Shown: positions 1 to 15,600 of the stretch, piece after piece
How the letters are laid out: each line of letters opens with the position of its first letter
Numbering within the stretch: position 1 is the first letter of the stretch
NCBI GenBank assembly: GCA_013265495.1
Contig: MU058198.1
Location: forward strand, 1,190,419-1,254,418
Source: Vicugna vicugna
Taxonomy: Eukaryota
DNA: 64,000 nucleotides
Direction of reading: 5' to 3'
The notes under the pieces: model-generated
What the model was told of the DNA's origin: nothing
The model's database searches: none
The model's input: the letters and a program-made list of their open reading frames with translations, nothing else
Program-made: the position numbers and the translations under genes

Positions 1-336
1 TGGTGGTGTGTACATAGCAGTTAAATGCAGAGTCTCTGGAATGAGATTGCTTGGGATCATATCTCAAGGGCTTTCTAGATGTGTGATCTGCCTGGTTGCT
101 TAACCTCTCTTTGCCCCAGTTTCCTCATCTGTGAAATGGGGTTGATGAAACCTAGTTCCCAGTGAGGTTGTGAGAACTAAGTGAATGCCAAGCGTGTTGT
201 TGTAAACACCTTAAATGTTGCTATTATGGCTTCATTTGCAGCCCTTTCTGAATTCCGGGCCAAACAGCTCTTCTAAAGCAGCACCAACCAGGAAAAAGAG
301 GTAATGAATAAAACAAGGCCAAAAAATTCAGGGGTT

Positions 337-342
337 TTTATT
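337..342 (-). terminator. PDILT polyadenylation signal AATAAA
   Basis: tttatt on the + strand about 115 nt past the stop, with a T-rich (minus-strand) tract downstream. Confidence 0.75.
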
Positions 343-456
343 ATCCAGCCTCCGCCCACCTATCGCAACGATATATAATTTGATTGGAGTAGATCCACTC
401 AGAAAATGATGCCAGGACCTGGAAAATGGGCACTTTCCCTCCTGGCTCTGGAGAGG

Positions 457-687
457 CTACAGTTCTTCCTTCAGTCTTGGTTTCTTCTGTCTCGGAGGCC
501 CCTTGGGCTCAGCCGCCTTCTCCTCCTCCTTGGCCATTTCTTTCTGCCCAGCTGGCTCTTCCAGCTCAGTCACATTCTCCAACTCAGGCAACTCATGTTC
601 AGGTAACTCTTTCTTTATAAAAGGTACCTCCTTTTCTTCAGCTAATATATCCTCTTCTGCCGCTTCACTTTGCTCAACAGGCAGTAG
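457..687 (-). CDS. PDILT: PDILT last coding exon (LLPVEQSE...KPRLKEEL*)
   Basis: Acceptor ttgaatag at 688-695; acidic tail ending KEEL; TAG at 457-459. Confidence 0.95.
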   Translation of the reverse strand, partial: LLPVEQSEAAEEDILAEEKEVPFIKKELPEHELPELENVTELEEPAGQKEMAKEEEKAAEPKGPPRQKKPRLKEEL

Positions 688-3600
688 CTATTCAAGAAAA
701 AAAGAAAGGGAGGGAAGGAGGAGGATAAAGAAACAAAGAGGCAAAAATTACATGATAGTTGTGATTATAATTGCCAAGCAGACTTTCCCCACTGTCAGTC
801 CATAGGTGTGGCTGCCCCACACTTAGCTCAAGGGTTCAGCGGTGTGTGACCCAGACCTAGCTAAAGAGATTCGTTCCAGGACTTGGACTAGGAGTACCAA
901 GGAGCAGGTGATTTCTTTCTAAGCTGGGAAGGTATTAGTTAAGAGCTGGGGAGTGGTCATTGCCTCTCCCTGTGGAAGTGACTCCTGGGGAATGAATCTA
1001 ATATAGAGAAAAACAGAGATGGGGAGAAAGAAAATGACTCTGACTTTCAGAATCCACCCACACCTGATAGTTTATCAGTTATCTGGGATAAATTCCCATT
1101 GCTGCTTAAGCCAAAGATAGTTTCTGACATTTGCAACTGGAAGGATTCTAACTAATACAAATGACATCTTCGTGCAGATGGCCTCACTGAGACATGAACA
1201 GAATTAAGAGACAATGGGGACTGGCCCATCTATTAGGAGAATAATGCCAGAGGGCAGGATCCCATCAAGACATCTGGTTACCCACTCAGGAACAGCGGAC
1301 CCAGAGCAGCAGCCTGCAGAGCTATGTGAGACCTCAGAGTCTTTGCCCTTCCCAGTATTTCCAAAGTCTGCCATTTCTAGTAGTAAGTGCCCTTGAAATG
1401 AAGTTATTCAAACTGGATCCATCCCAGGTCTCTCCAAAGTGCACAAGATTGGGGAACTCTTGGCAACCTCTTTCCTAGTCCATTGAGTTCCTGATGGTTC
1501 TGTGTGGGACAGAATCATCCAGGGTATTGCTATTTCACCTTACCTCATCTTCATCCTTAATTCTGACCTTGATTTGACTTTCCAGGAAGTCAGAAAAGCC
1601 CTCCATGGTATGGTCTCCCATATACAGTACAGCCTAAGAAGATAATGGAACTGAGTCAGAATGGTGGCCCTTTCCTGCAAAATACTCAGGGATTGCTCCT
1701 TAGGTAAACCCTGGGTCAAATTCCTAACAACCTGAACAAGTTCCTTAACTGCTCTGAGCCTCCATTACAATGGCCCTAAGATCAGAATAATAAAACGTCT
1801 TCCATCATAGGGCTGTCATGCAGTGGTCCAGAGCAGGAATGATGGAGCCACACTGTTGGGACTCAAACTCTGGCTTCATCACTCAGCAGCGTGGTCTGGC
1901 TGACTCAGTGTCCTTGACTGCAATATGAAGGTAATAACAGTCTCTACCTCATGATGTTATTTTAAGAATTCAATGAGTTACTATATGGAAAGTATTTGAA
2001 ACAGCACCTCACAGTGAGCACTATATGTGTTTACTATTATTATTATTACTGTTACAGAAGAATAAGAATCGTTATCTTACAAAGCACCCGGCACACATTC
2101 TTGCTCAGCCATCATTAGTTTCCTTTCCTCTTTCAGTCTTTAAGATTTCTTAACTGCTTACTGTCCTCTGGCTGTCTAAATTTCTTTCCAGATAACCGAG
2201 GATCTGTGACAGGCTCACCCTTTCAATTCAGCCTCATTTTCCATGACCCCCTGCATGCATCTTTTTGCACCAGGAGGATGGCATCTCTTTCACAGTTCTG
2301 TGGCCATCCTTCTTCCTCCCTCCTTGTTCATATTATACTTCCTGCCTATAATTCACATGCCTTCCTCTAATCTGAATTAAATCCTCATCATTCCTCAAAG
2401 TCTCATGTCTGCATGGAGACTTCCAGCCTTATCTGCCCTCCAGAATCTGTCCCATCCAAGTCCAATTGCATTTGGAGATGAGCCCATATCATGACTTCTC
2501 CCCAACACTGAGTCATGTTCTTCTTGGGAGCAGGGTCCTTGGCTTATAATTCTTTGATTGACACCCTTCCCCACATGCCAAAGTGCCATGAAGAGTGTGC
2601 TCCATGAACACTGGTGATGTCTGATGACTATAAAACCAAAGTGTAAAATATTCGATTGTCTCTATCTTGTATTCTTCCTTCTTTTGATAGCCCCCTACCT
2701 CCAATATCCACATGGTGACCTCCCCCACCTTATTCCGTATAGTCTGGGTAGGGCTCAGCTCCAATAGCAGAGGGAATCACGTAACCCGGGCCAAATCCTC
2801 TTGGCCACAATGATGGGGTCAGGGAGAATCAACTGACCTAAGTTGGACCCAATTAGTCTGAGTCTTGGGACTTTCATGGAAGCTAATGGATAACTCTCTC
2901 TAACTTGAATATGAGAGGATAATAGGGGCTGGGGCTGAGAATGACGTTGATTTGGTAGAAGGCAGAGCTGGAGGCAGGGAGAAATCGAGTCCATGGTAAT
3001 AATGTCACATTGCCAGTTATATGAGTCCCAAGAGCCCCTCACTTGTTCAGAGTCCGTGGGAAAGAGCCTGAAGAAGGGATACCGGTCCAGGTGAATCGGC
3101 TGAATGTCATTTGCTGTGATGTCGATCTTGGCGATGGTGACTGTGGAGTGGTTTTGATACTTTCTCCCCAACTCTTCCAGCACTGGGAACAGCGCCCTGC
3201 ACTTTTTGGACCAGGGTGCATCTGGAAAAGAAGGGGAGTCATTGAGCTCACACTAATAAAGACTCTGAAAGCCAAGCTTCCCCGTGAACACCGTCTCCGC
3301 ATTTGCACAGTACACTCCCTCTCTCTTCTAACAGTATGTTAGGTTATTTTACATTTCAGCCATAGTTCCTGATCATCATTAAATCAATTAGAAAAAAAAT
3401 AATGACCTAGTCCCCTTCCACTCAGACATTAACACTTTTAGCATGTTGGGATATTTCCTTCTATTCTTTTTTTTTTCCTTTCACACAGCCTTCTACTCCA
3501 GCTGAAGAAGAAAACCAAGAAAAGAATTTATGCTAGATGATTCCTCATGTTTTTCCAAAAAGTATGTGTGTGTGTGTGTGAGAGAGAAAGAGAGAGACAG

Positions 3601-6600
3601 AGAGAGAGAGAAAGACAGAGAGAGACGGAGCCCTAGAGTTTTCCAGCAGAGGTTAAGCTCCTAGCTCAAGGTCACCCAGGAAGATAAGCAAAGGAAGTGG
3701 GCTTTGGAAATAGGCTGCTTTGACTTGTGACCATAGTGTCGCACTGCCTCTCAATCCAGTGGAGTGGAATACACCCAAGAAGTGAACGAGAGGTTATGAC
3801 AAGCACAACGACCCCTGGCAAGGGGACACTGGACTTCCCTACAGACGGTTCCTTGAGCTTTAAGTATGGCCCAGGCGTCTGGACCTATGCAGAGAAATCA
3901 GGGACCAGCTCCAACAGAGAAGGGAAATAACCTTGCTGTTAAAGTTTCTGGCTCTGGGGGAAGAGTGGCCTCAAAGGCCCCGGACATCACATTTGGATGA
4001 TCATCCCTCCACTTACAAACCAAGTGCCTCCTCCATGACCCACTGCACCCCGGCAGCTCTCCTGGAGCTTGATGGGCCCTCGGTTGGAGCACGATGGGGC
4101 GTAATGGCTGCAGTCCCAGGGGGTCAATCCGACAGCCCTGCTTCCAGGAAAATGAGGCTGCTTTTGCCTTTTACCAGAACCCAGTGGGCATTTTTATGAC
4201 TCCGGGTGTCAGGTAAGTGCAGAAAGTCACCCCCAGCCTCTCACTTAAAGGCAGCAGATCATGGCTGTTTAACAAAGCAGACTTTTAAAAACCATGCTCT
4301 GTGGATGAGAGCCCATTTCAATGAGATTTTTAAAGGCCTGCATGATGTAATCCAACCCTTGTTTGATCCTCCAGGAAGTGATGACATCCGAGCTGGATTT
4401 GAACTTTTTGTCTTGCAACTTACTTACTGTGTGACCTGGGGTAAGGTAATTAACCTCCCTGAGGCCGGATTTCCTGGTCTGTATTATGGGGAAGTCCAGT
4501 GGACCTTCCTAAGAGCTTTGTTTTAAGAAGGAAATGAGACCAAGTGCATAAACAGCAAACTATGTGCAATAAATGGTAACTCTGCCCGTCAAAGGAAAGA
4601 GATCTCCGAAGTCGCTTCATTGCCACCCTTCTCTGTGTCTCTGGGTGGAAGAGAAGGTCCCTGGCTTTGGCTTTCATATGCAAATCAGAAACAGTTGGGG
4701 ACAGGCACGTAGTCCCTGGGTGAGCACTGGAAATAGTTATAACAATAGAGAAAATAATAGTAATAATATCTGTCAACTATCAAGGGCCTATAAGATGCCA
4801 GACAACTGCTCCACATCCTTTACATGCATGATTTGGCCACACCAACTCAGGCAGCTTACCTACGGGCCATTTGATGAGTTACTTAAAGCCACTGCTGCTG
4901 TTCTGCACAGCAGTTACTGGTATAGGCATCAGAGTCAGGCTGCCTAGGTTCCACCCCTTACTTACTTAAGGTCACTTACTAACTACGTGACTTTGGAAGA
5001 CTTTCTTTACCTCCCTGGGACTCTGTTTAGTCGTCTGTAAGGCGGGAACAATAAAAGTAGCTACTTTTAAAAGTAAGTCGTGAGGATTAAATGAGACAAT
5101 GTAGAGACAGGTGTGGAAGGTATTCCACACATTTCAAGAATTTGATTTTTGAGGAAAGTCGCTTGATCCAAACCCTTTGGATGTCCAAAGACCATCCCTG
5201 GCGTGATGCTTTGATACATTTTGGAGATTTTGGTGCCCAAGAATTCAGGGGCTACACTTGAAAAGTAATGTTGGAGCCACTGCTTCCAGTGGCCTCTGCA
5301 GAGATACTTACAGAACATCACAAATACATCCCTTTCCTTGTCAAAGACAACATCATTGAAGTTCTTCCCAACGAGCTGCTTAACTGGCCTCTGGTCCCAA
5401 TATTTTGGAATTTCTTCACTGGATTGATGTTTCTAGGAAGCAAATTTGAGAGATCTCCAGAAAGGGGTTGGTAGATGGGGGTACCTCCTCCCCCCAACCT
5501 TGTCCCTCAACTGGAAATGATGGAAAATGTTCTCTTGTTCTTACAACAGCAGCCTTGGGAAGAAGTTTGAAATGCTGAAACAGATCATGAGCTAGATGTG
5601 AAGCCTGGGTTGTCCAGGGCAACCTGGAATCAGAGGGCTGAGGAGGAGACAGGGCTCCAAACTGGGGTGGGTTCTAGCATAAATATACGATTCTTAGGAT
5701 TCTTAGATGAGGGTGGGGTTCAAGTCACATCACTAACATCTTAACTAGTTTGTCCCCCTCCACCCCACAGGGCAGCCAAGAATCAAATTAAGATCATTTA
5801 TGTGACGTATAAAGTATTTATCACACCCTGGTTCCAGCCAGCTTCTCCAAGCCCATCACCATTCTTCCCTGGTTTTCTTCAGCCACACTGGTCTTTTGTT
5901 CACTCAAAGGGCAAGTCTCCCTCCCACGTCATCAGTGCTGCACTTCCTTCTCTAGTTAACTCGGATCCATCTTTCAGAATAATCTCAAAGGAGGACTTCC
6001 CTGACACTCCCACAGGCTAGGTCAGGCCCTGCTTTCATAAATTTTTACAATACTTGGCACTTTTCCTGCATCGCTTATGTAAGTTTACCATTTATATTTA
6101 TTTTTTTCTGGTTATGTGGTTACTGTGTCCTTGTCTCAATGGATGGAATGTCCCAAGGGACTTTTCTTCTCTTACCTTTTGAGACCGCTGAGTACTATTG
6201 AGTGTTGGTACATTATGAGGCCTCGGTAAATATTTTATGAATGAACTAATGAATGAAAGAGTGAACCCAACTCTTGCTTCTCTTTGAAGAAAGTGGTGGA
6301 AGTCTCCCAACATATACTTTTCTCTGCGACCCCGGCTTTCTGAGTATCTCTTGAATTCACACCCTTCTCTCCATCAGCACTGCTATTACCCTTGTCCAAG
6401 TAGACGTCCTCTCTCATCCAGATCACTGTCATAGCCTCTTAGTGTCCTCTCTGCTTCTCCCCCTAATCCTCTCCACAGCTTTATTCTCCTACAAGCAGGT
6501 TCTAATTTCACCATGTAAATCTGGCTTCCCATCGCTCTTAGGATACCAAATCCCTACTATGCTTATAAGTCCTTGCTGTCTGGCCTTTGCCCAGCTCACC

Positions 6601-9600
6601 AGCCTTGTCTGCCACAAGAGCATCCCTTAACCCCACCCTGAACGCTGGAAAGGACTTGACGATTCTTTAGGAGGGATCATAAAAAGTGTGGGGCTTGGGT
6701 GTGGGGGATGGGAAATGGTGAAAATGATGGAGGTCTGAGGTAGGGAGATGAGGGTATTTCCTCACAAGAACCGTGACACTGACCCTTTATACTGCCTCCC
6801 CGTTAGCAGATGACCAAAGCCAGCAGGATTACAAACAAAGGTGATCATGTTGAGGTCCTTACCCAAGAACAAGCTTACCTTGGCTTTTCTATTCAGGAAG
6901 CTTTGACCGAATTTCTTGAGGTTTTTATAGGTTATCTCCTCGAAAGGCATTTTGTACCTTGCACCAGAGCTTAAGTTGAGGATCTGGACGGATGGAATAT
7001 CGAACTCCGTGATTCGAAAATATTCAAAGACACGTCTGTTTTTGGGTTCATCTGCGTCCACGAGGATGGAAAGGATCTGCCAAATCAAATGAAACCTGTG
7101 TCTCTCTGGATTGGAGGCATGAAAAGGGTAAGGAATCCCTTCCCAAAGGAGAGAAACTTTAGGGAAGATGTGGGAGGGCACCAACGGAGTGCAAATAGCA
7201 GCGTCTACGGGGCACCTCTGAAAACCGGAACAGAGGCTCCTTTTTATCAGGTGGATGCAGCCGTGCACCCCAGTGCACAGATGGGCAGTGGCCATCAGCC
7301 TGGCTTCACCATCCCTGTGCAGGGCGCCATTCACACAACTGTAAGAAGTCATGAGGTGCTGAGCTTTCATCCCAGTTCCTTGGGCAAAACAGGAACTTCC
7401 CCGCTCTGTGCCTCAATTTCCTCCCCTGTAAAGTGGTGATTATAATAGTACCCACATTATAGGGTTCCTGGGAGACTTGAACAAGACACTGTATATAAAG
7501 GCTTCGTTCCGTGACAGGGAGGTAGAAAATGCTCACCCGTGTCGACTCATTCTTACCAGAATTACTATTCTTCCATCAGGGAAACACACGACTTCATTCA
7601 CTCATGCATTCAATACATATTTATGGAGTGGCTCCTAGGCATTTTGCTAAGCACTGGAGATACAAACACTGCCCAAGGTGGACAAAATCTATGCCCTCAT
7701 TGAGCTCACATTCCAGTGGAAAAGGCAGGCAAGAAATGAGTAAGCTAATTAATACATTCAGATAGTGGTGGGCACCAATCAGGGCACCGTGAGAGAGTGC
7801 CTGCACAGGAGGGGTGAGATGGGGGCCCGGTAACAGGCAGGAAGGTCGGGAGGAGTATCTGAGGAGGTCACATGTGAGCTGGGCTCCGGGGAACACTGAT
7901 TCAGGCAGTGAAAACTGTGGCTGCAAAGGCTGGAGAAGGGGCAGTGGGGTGGAAGCACAGAGTGTTCTAGAATAGAGAGGAAAGGCCAATGCAGCACCAT
8001 GAGGAGGAGGGGCATGGGAGACAGAACTCCAGTAATGAGTTGGGGTTTAACCTGAATGAGACGGGAGGTCACTGACGGACAATAAGTCAGAGTGTGACAT
8101 GGTGATCATTTTTAGAGGATCACGCTGGTTGTAAAGAAGTCAGAGTAGGAGAAAGAGGCTGGTTAGAGACTCCTGCAGACCCTGGATTCAGATACTCTCA
8201 GGTCATTCATCTGCCAAAACATTAAGAGCCCTACTATGTGCCAGGCACTCTTCTAGGTGCTGGGAAGAATGGGAAAAAACAAAGCAGACATATTAAAACC
8301 AGCCATGCATACTTTCAACAAACATTTGCTAGAAATGAACAAGATAAGCTATGTGGGTGTGACCTGTGAGAAGAATACTCATCCAACTGTTTATCTTTGG
8401 CTCAAAAATAGAACCCAGTCAATAAATGGCATTTGAAAAGCTTGCTAATTGGGGTAAAGGCAATCTGGAACCTCCTGTCATAATACAAGCTGAAATAAAT
8501 TCCGCTTAGACTAAAGAGCTAAATAAATTTTAAAAAAACTAGAAGAATTATGGTTAAGTATTGACTATTATAACAACAGAAATCGAGGGAAAGCAATCAG
8601 ATTATAAGCAATTTAATTACATCAAAAATCTTCAAGTTTAAAATTGAATAAAGCAGGAAATGTATTTATAAGAGAAACTTCTGTAATTAGAATAAGCTTC
8701 TTGGAGAATACTGAGATGTATTGTAGCATGAACATTAAGGATGTTCATGCCCCAGTAGCTTTATTCTGTGTTTATTTGGGATTTCAAAGTGTTTCATTGT
8801 TTTGTTTGAATTTCAGAATAATTTTCTTCAAGAGAAAAAAAAATCTGCCATTGCCTTTCTTCTTATAAAAAATAAAGAGAAAAATGAAGTCAATAGTCCA
8901 GGTGGTGGGAACTACAAAAATACAGGTACAGTGCTTAGAAAAAACTGATTTGTTTCTAATGATGATAATGTTAGCGATAGTAATAATCAGTGTTTATGGT
9001 ACATTTGCTCATTGCTTTACATATAGTATTTCTAGCTCTTACCATGACTCTCCACTTCACACAGGAAGTCACTGAGACTGAGAGGTTAAACTCACCTAAG
9101 ACAAAATCGCTTGGAAGAGGAAGAGAATTTGAATGCAGTTCTGTTGATGCTGAAGCCTAGAACCTCAGCCACGGGGCTTCAGACTTTTCCTACTCCCTGA
9201 CCTCAGGCAGGAGTGGTCTCTCCTCTCCCCCTCACCTCCAGGCCAAGGCTGCCAGCACTGTGGTCCCCCACCCCTAGTGGAGCACAGCCCATCAGAAAAA
9301 GCAGCCAGACCAACCCTGCTCACTCCCACGGCAGACTCAAAAAGATAAGGGAAGAAGGGGCAAAGGTTTGGTGAGAAAGAGAGACACACTGGGCAGGAAG
9401 AAGAGAGGAGGCTAGTTTAAAATTACATAGTGACTAATATACAGCATCAATATACAAACCAGGAGATTAGTATGCAAATGAACACACAAAGCCTTCCTGG
9501 ATTAATATATAACCAGAAAGGCAGGAAGATGGCGTCAGGGTCTGCAGGTCTTGGAGTCATATCCAAAGAGACCCAAAGAGCAATGGCAACTTCCACAAAC

Positions 9601-12600
9601 CTTGTTTTGGAATTTCTTCGATGCCAACTTATAATGCTGCATTATCATACCAAATGACTTGGAGCTTTTGGAGACGAAGAGCAACATGTGATTCAGGACG
9701 TACAATTCATAAATCAGATCCTTATTCTGAAATTAAAAGGAAAATGGGTCATCCCGCGCACATAGCTGCCCCCGCTGCCCTTCTCCCAGGACCCTTCGCT
9801 CACTGACCTCACAGCTGTATTCAATAACAAAACCTGTGAGCTGTTGTTTCATGACTTGACCGAGGATATTTCTGTTGGTATTATCATTAATAAGCTCCTG
9901 GCGGTTCACGATTTTTCCCTTGGACAAAAGAAGAAAAACATTAGAAGGCAGTAGCATCCATGATGTAGGTACTTACTAAATATAAATGGCACAATTTTTT
10001 CCTTGGGCAAAAGGGAAACACCATGAAAACAGGTGTCATAAATAATCTAGATACTTCATACATGTGGACGGCTGGGCAGAGTAGCCTGAGTGTGGGATAT
10101 GGGGACGTGGCAGCTGTGAAAATCTCCAGTCTCCAAAGACAGGGAGTGTAACTGACAGCCCCAGCTGCCTCGCTCCGAAATCCGTCAATGTATCTGTGCT
10201 GATGCTGAGCGCTTTCTCACGCATTGCTCCTGAGCAATGAATTTGCAAGGGATACTAAAGCAAGTCCATTTCTGGGAGATGCAGGACTTCTCTTATAGGT
10301 GACTTTAATGAATTTTCTTAGAACTCCACAGCAGTCAAGGACTCTTCCATCCAACCTTCCTTCCTTCCAAAGGGTCAGACCTACATCACGGTCTGATGAA
10401 TTTCCCCCAGCTCCCTCTCTGTCTTCCTTCAAGAGCATTTCCCCTAATCTTTTGCATGACTAATCCTGCTTGATGACCGCTTCACAGAGGGACCTGGATT
10501 AACACAGGGAATGAATGATATAACTCTCTGGAGCCCAGGATCAGAGTCTGTGCGGGAAGGAGAAAGCAGCAACTATCTCCTTATTTCTCTCTACCCCATC
10601 TCTTCCTCTTCATCTCCACCAGTCTCACCTTCTGATTCAAACCTATTCCCTGGATTCTTGCAAAAAGTCTCCTAGTTGTCTTCTAATTTCTCCTCCTGCT
10701 TCCCTTCAATCCATCCCCCACACTTCAGCCAGAGAGATGTTGTTAAAAACGCACCTCTTGCTTAAATACTTCATAGTCCCTGTTGTCTCTGGATAAGCCT
10801 AAACACTTTTCTGGTCATAACGGTAGCTTAATAGTACTGTTATTTACAGAAAGCTCATGTTGTACCAGCCACAGTTCTAAGTATGCTATGTGTATTAGCT
10901 CATTTAATCCTCAGAACATCTCATTGAGCGATATACTGTTACTTCGCCCATTTTACAGTGGAGGAAACTGAGGCACAGAGAAGTGAAGTGACTTGCCCAG
11001 GGTTGGTAAGCTAGTCAGAAGTGGAGCCAAGATTCCAACCCAGGCAACTGACTCTAGTGCCCATGCTCTTAACCGTTAACATAGATCAAACCTCTCCTAA
11101 ATGCATTTCCAAGTTGGCTATTTGGTTTTTGATTTTGTGATGGGGTTTAGTCTGCAGAACGTTAAAATTTTTATGTGGTCCAAATTTATCAGTATTTCTT
11201 TTCATACTTTCTGGGGTTTCTGTCATGCTTTATCAAGGGGCTTTCCCCTCCCTCCCAGGTTGGAAAGCAAACTCTCCCAAGGCATCTTCCGGAGAGGTTG
11301 GGTTACTTGCCCAACGCCGCACAGGAAGTAGGAGGGGTGATATCCAGATGCTGCTTGCCTTACAGTGAGAAGTCTTCTCACAGAGAAGACTGCGAGCCAC
11401 TCTGTTTTCACTTAGGCCCGTGGAAGTCATTGAATAATTCTAAGTTGGAGAATAAAATAACCTAATTTGTGTTTTTGAATGGACAGCAGACAGCCCAGAA
11501 AAAGATCCAAATACATGTGGAAATTTAGTATATGATAAAGATGATCTTTGAGATCAGTAGGAATGACTAGCATTGAGGGAACTGGGCAGCCATTTGAAAA
11601 AAGAAAACTAAAGCTGAATCCATTGTATCACTCCTGCTACCCAATTAAATTCCAGATTGATGGAGGGTGGGGGGAGGATCCTGGACCAGAAGAAAACACA
11701 GGGCAGAAGACTGAGCCTTAATTTATAACATTTACTGGTCAAGGAAAGGAGGAGCTTACAGTGGAAAAGGGCTAGAAAGGCCAGAGAAACAGCAGGAGAC
11801 TACGATTTCCCAGAAACGGACTAGTCCAATGCCACTTAGTTCGCAAGTGGCAGGACCAGAATTTGTACCCAAAGCCCACACATACATGCATAGTTCATTG
11901 TTTTGAACTATGCACTAGCAGTAAGACCAAAGTCCTACCTTTTTGAAGACGAGAACACTGTCCAGGGTGACATGGAAACGCCCAATGGCGTTTCTGATCG
12001 ATATCACACCGAACGTGAGCTCTGGGAAGTCTTTGATCATGTCGTAGAACAGCTCTGCTACTTCTTCCTGTAAATCCTGTTCGGGGAGGGCTGCTTGATA
12101 AGGCTTTGGTAGAAAGCAAAGTGCCTGGATCTCTCAAGCAGGGTGAAAATGGTGACTAATTTGTCTCCTCACCTTTCCAAGTTCTGGGGTTTTGCTGGGT
12201 CACCTAAATCCACGTTCATGGGTGTTTCACAGCCAGAACACTTCTGTGGCTATGACTAAGGCCAAAATAGGCAAACTCACAGAGATGAGTGGAGAGAATT
12301 GATAAACTTGACCTTTTCCAAGTATGAGAGTGAAGGCTGTTCTAACACAAGCATTGAGATTTTTAAGCATCTCATCCTTAATTGTGTTCAGAAGAGGCAA
12401 CTGATTTGACCACGTGTAGTACCCGTTGTGAACCTGATATCAAGATATGGTTGTAGTTTTGACCTTCATTCTTTAGCTTGAAAGAACACTGGGGCCAAAC
12501 ACAATGACAAAGTATAGGATGGGAGAGAAAAAGTCATAAACTCTCCCCATATATAAATATAACCCTAAAGTTCTGGCTTGTACTCAAAGGAAAGGAGTCA

Positions 12601-15600
12601 TCAAAATTATAGGAAATGAGCTAAGACGTATCAGAAACTATTCTCCAAAGGCAAAATCAGTTTGCAAATTATTGGTTATTCAGTGATGTTCCAAATGGAC
12701 CCCCAAAAGATCAGTTACACTGTCAAAATCAACTCAATATATGTCAATCTCCCCTCTCTCCTCATGACTCTCTACCTTTGCAGTTTGCTTCTATTACCAT
12801 TGATCTTCCATCTTTTCTTTCTTTTAATCCTGCACTTCTCCCAGAAAACCAGCTCATCAGAAAAGGAAGAATGGGCATGGAATTATCCCAAATGGAGGAC
12901 GTTTCCTCATCCCACCCCTCTCCCTGACACAAGACACCTCCTTAGTTGAGAAGCCCCCTCCCACCTCTTGAACCCAGTACCTGGAAGAAGCCAATGATGA
13001 CCAAGGGCCTGGAATTCACAAACTTTGCTATCTCGTTGGTGTCAGTGAACAAAAATGCTTTCTGGCTAATTTGTCTTCTCAACCAAACGACCAAGGCGGT
13101 AGATTCAACCACTCCTGGAGAGAGAGACAGTTAAATGGATCCCACACAAGTTTCCTCTTGAACTGGAGGAAGGCCTGTCCTCCCCAAGGCACTGTGCTGA
13201 GCATTTTGGGTGTATTACATCCCCACAACAACCCTATGGGATTCATATTCTCCCCATTTTGCAGATGAGGAAGTTGAGTTTCAGTGTGCCCTTGGCCCTG
13301 CTACTAGCAAACCTGGGGATCAAACCTGGGAGGAAGCATGCCTAGCCTTCTTTTTCTCATACACCCTTCAAAGTGACAGGAAGATGGATTTACTTTTTAA
13401 AAACATAAATTTTAAAAAGTGTAAATAAAAAGAGCAGCTTGCTCCATGCCCTTGGGGGAAATTCCATTATTTCCCTGCGTCTCTAGTTCCTTAGCTGAGA
13501 CACAAATGTCTGCTAAGGCCATAGATCCTGACTTCCATTTCTCAGCTATCTATGGGAAGTGCCAAGCACACAAAAATCTTAGCTTCTAAAATTGGGACAC
13601 ATCTACCATATCTGGGGAGACATGACGGTATCCCAGAACGTACACCAGGCTACACATGGCCTTGTGTTTGCTAGATCTCAATTTCACGTGATGGCAGGTA
13701 ATGTAAAATATTATTTTCTGTTGAAGCCTGCTATAGAATAAAACGGATCATTTAAAATGAGTTTATGAGCTAAGATTAAGGCAAAGTTTGCTGTAAGTAT
13801 ATTTGGGCTACATACACAGGCCTTTATTCTTTCTCCATTCATTCTTTCACTCATTCATTCATTTGATAATTAAGCGCTGAGTGCCTATTGTGTTCATGAG
13901 TGCTGTGCTTGGTCCTGGGGATAAAATGGTGAGCAGAAACAAGACATTGCCACTGCTTTGCAGTTCTCATTCTGTTGAGGAGGTCAACTGTCAAATAATT
14001 ACACAAACAAGTGTATAATCACATTCAAAGTAAATATTCAAAAGTGAATTCTGTGAACTTGTAGCAAAGATATGCAACCTAGCCTGTGAAGTCAAGGAGG
14101 GCTTCCTGGAGAAAATCACTTAGCTGAAAACTAAAGAATGTGTAGGAGTTAACAGAAAGCCACTAGAGAAGGAAAGGCTTCCAGGCAGAGGGAACAGCCT
14201 GTGCAAAGGCCCTGTGGCAGGACATATTTCTGCCTAGGGCTTGAGGGATGCACACTGAGTTGCTGAATCAACTGGAAAGGACTCTTATTTTCAGTGTCTT
14301 TGCTTACCTTCCCTCACAACATTAGGCCTTTTTTAAATTGATAATGAAGTATTTTTACATTCAGAAAGGTATACGAATGACAATGTATAGTTTGATGAAT
14401 TTTCTCAAAATGAACACACATGTGTAAATACCACCCAGATAAAGAAACAGAACATTAACTGCCCCTCAGAAGCCCCCACTGTGCCCCCTCACAGCCCTGA
14501 CCCCAGCCCCACCTGGAGGTAACCACTGTCCTAACTCCTAACAGCAAGCATTAGTCTGCCTGCTCTTGAACTTCATGTAAATAGAACCACAGAGTGTGTT
14601 TCTCCCTCCATATTGTACTTGTAGCATTCCATTGTGTAAATATTCCGCGTTTATTTATCCTCTCCCTGTTAATGATCGTTTGGTTTGTTTACAGTTTGGG
14701 GCTATTAAGAATGAATTCTTACGCGTGTCTCTGTGGCACATTGTACACACTTCTGTTGGGTACATGCCCAGGAGGAGAATTCCTGGTTGTGGGGGTGTTG
14801 AGTCCAACATTAGGAGATGCAGATTAGGCCATCTGAAAAACCACAGTGGGTCAAGCCTCTGAAAGTTTGTAGGAGGACAGTGTGGTGGTCTCCAGGGACA
14901 GAGAGGGGTGAGGGAGGCTTTCCATGGCTTTCCACCCACGGCAGTCCCCCCTCTCCTGGATTTCAGCCTCAAGATTCAGTTTCTATTTTCCCAGTGGTCT
15001 GGGCCATCTTTTAGGAAGAAAGAGGCACATATCATGAAAAACTCTCTTATAGGCTTTGCCTGAAAAAAACTATGTTTCAAGTGACATGAAAGGAATTGCT
15101 TTAGAAATTCTGAAAATACCAAAAAAGGTGACTAAAAACCCTCCAAATGGGTTTGAATTTCAGGTCATCAGAACCAGTGCTCTGATCACCCTTTGTGTCA
15201 CCTGCCCTTCAGCTCTGTCCACATTCCAGCCATGACCTTATCCTCCCGCACACGGGACTTGACACCTGCCAGGCCCTCCGCCTGGGCAGCCGTTTCCTCT
15301 CAGCTCTCAAGGGCATCTCCTCCCGCTTACTGAATCCTCAGTTTGATCTTTTCTTACTCTCCCCTCAATCATTCTCTATCTCATGACCTGTTTTATTTTC
15401 TTCACTGAGTCTGTTTCTGAAGTTATGATTTTTTTTTTTTGCCAACTTCCTTAGGAGCTCCTGAAGGGGCAGCAGAATATGCCACCTGCAATTATATGGC
15501 TTTGGCAGATTGATTATTTTGAACTAAAGTTACTCTAGAAACAGCCTGTGTAAGAAGGTTACCCCAGCCCTCTTCTGTCCGTCTGAAAGCGGGAGCGAAA

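Noticed and set aside
6762..7370. 202-aa ORF
   Set aside because: Only 6879-7076 is a PDILT exon; the remainder is intronic read-through.
11295..11392. Short hairpins (gttggg...cccaac; agtcttctc-aca-gagaagact)
   Set aside because: Stems of 6-9 bp are expected by chance in 64 kb; no miRNA- or snoRNA-like context.
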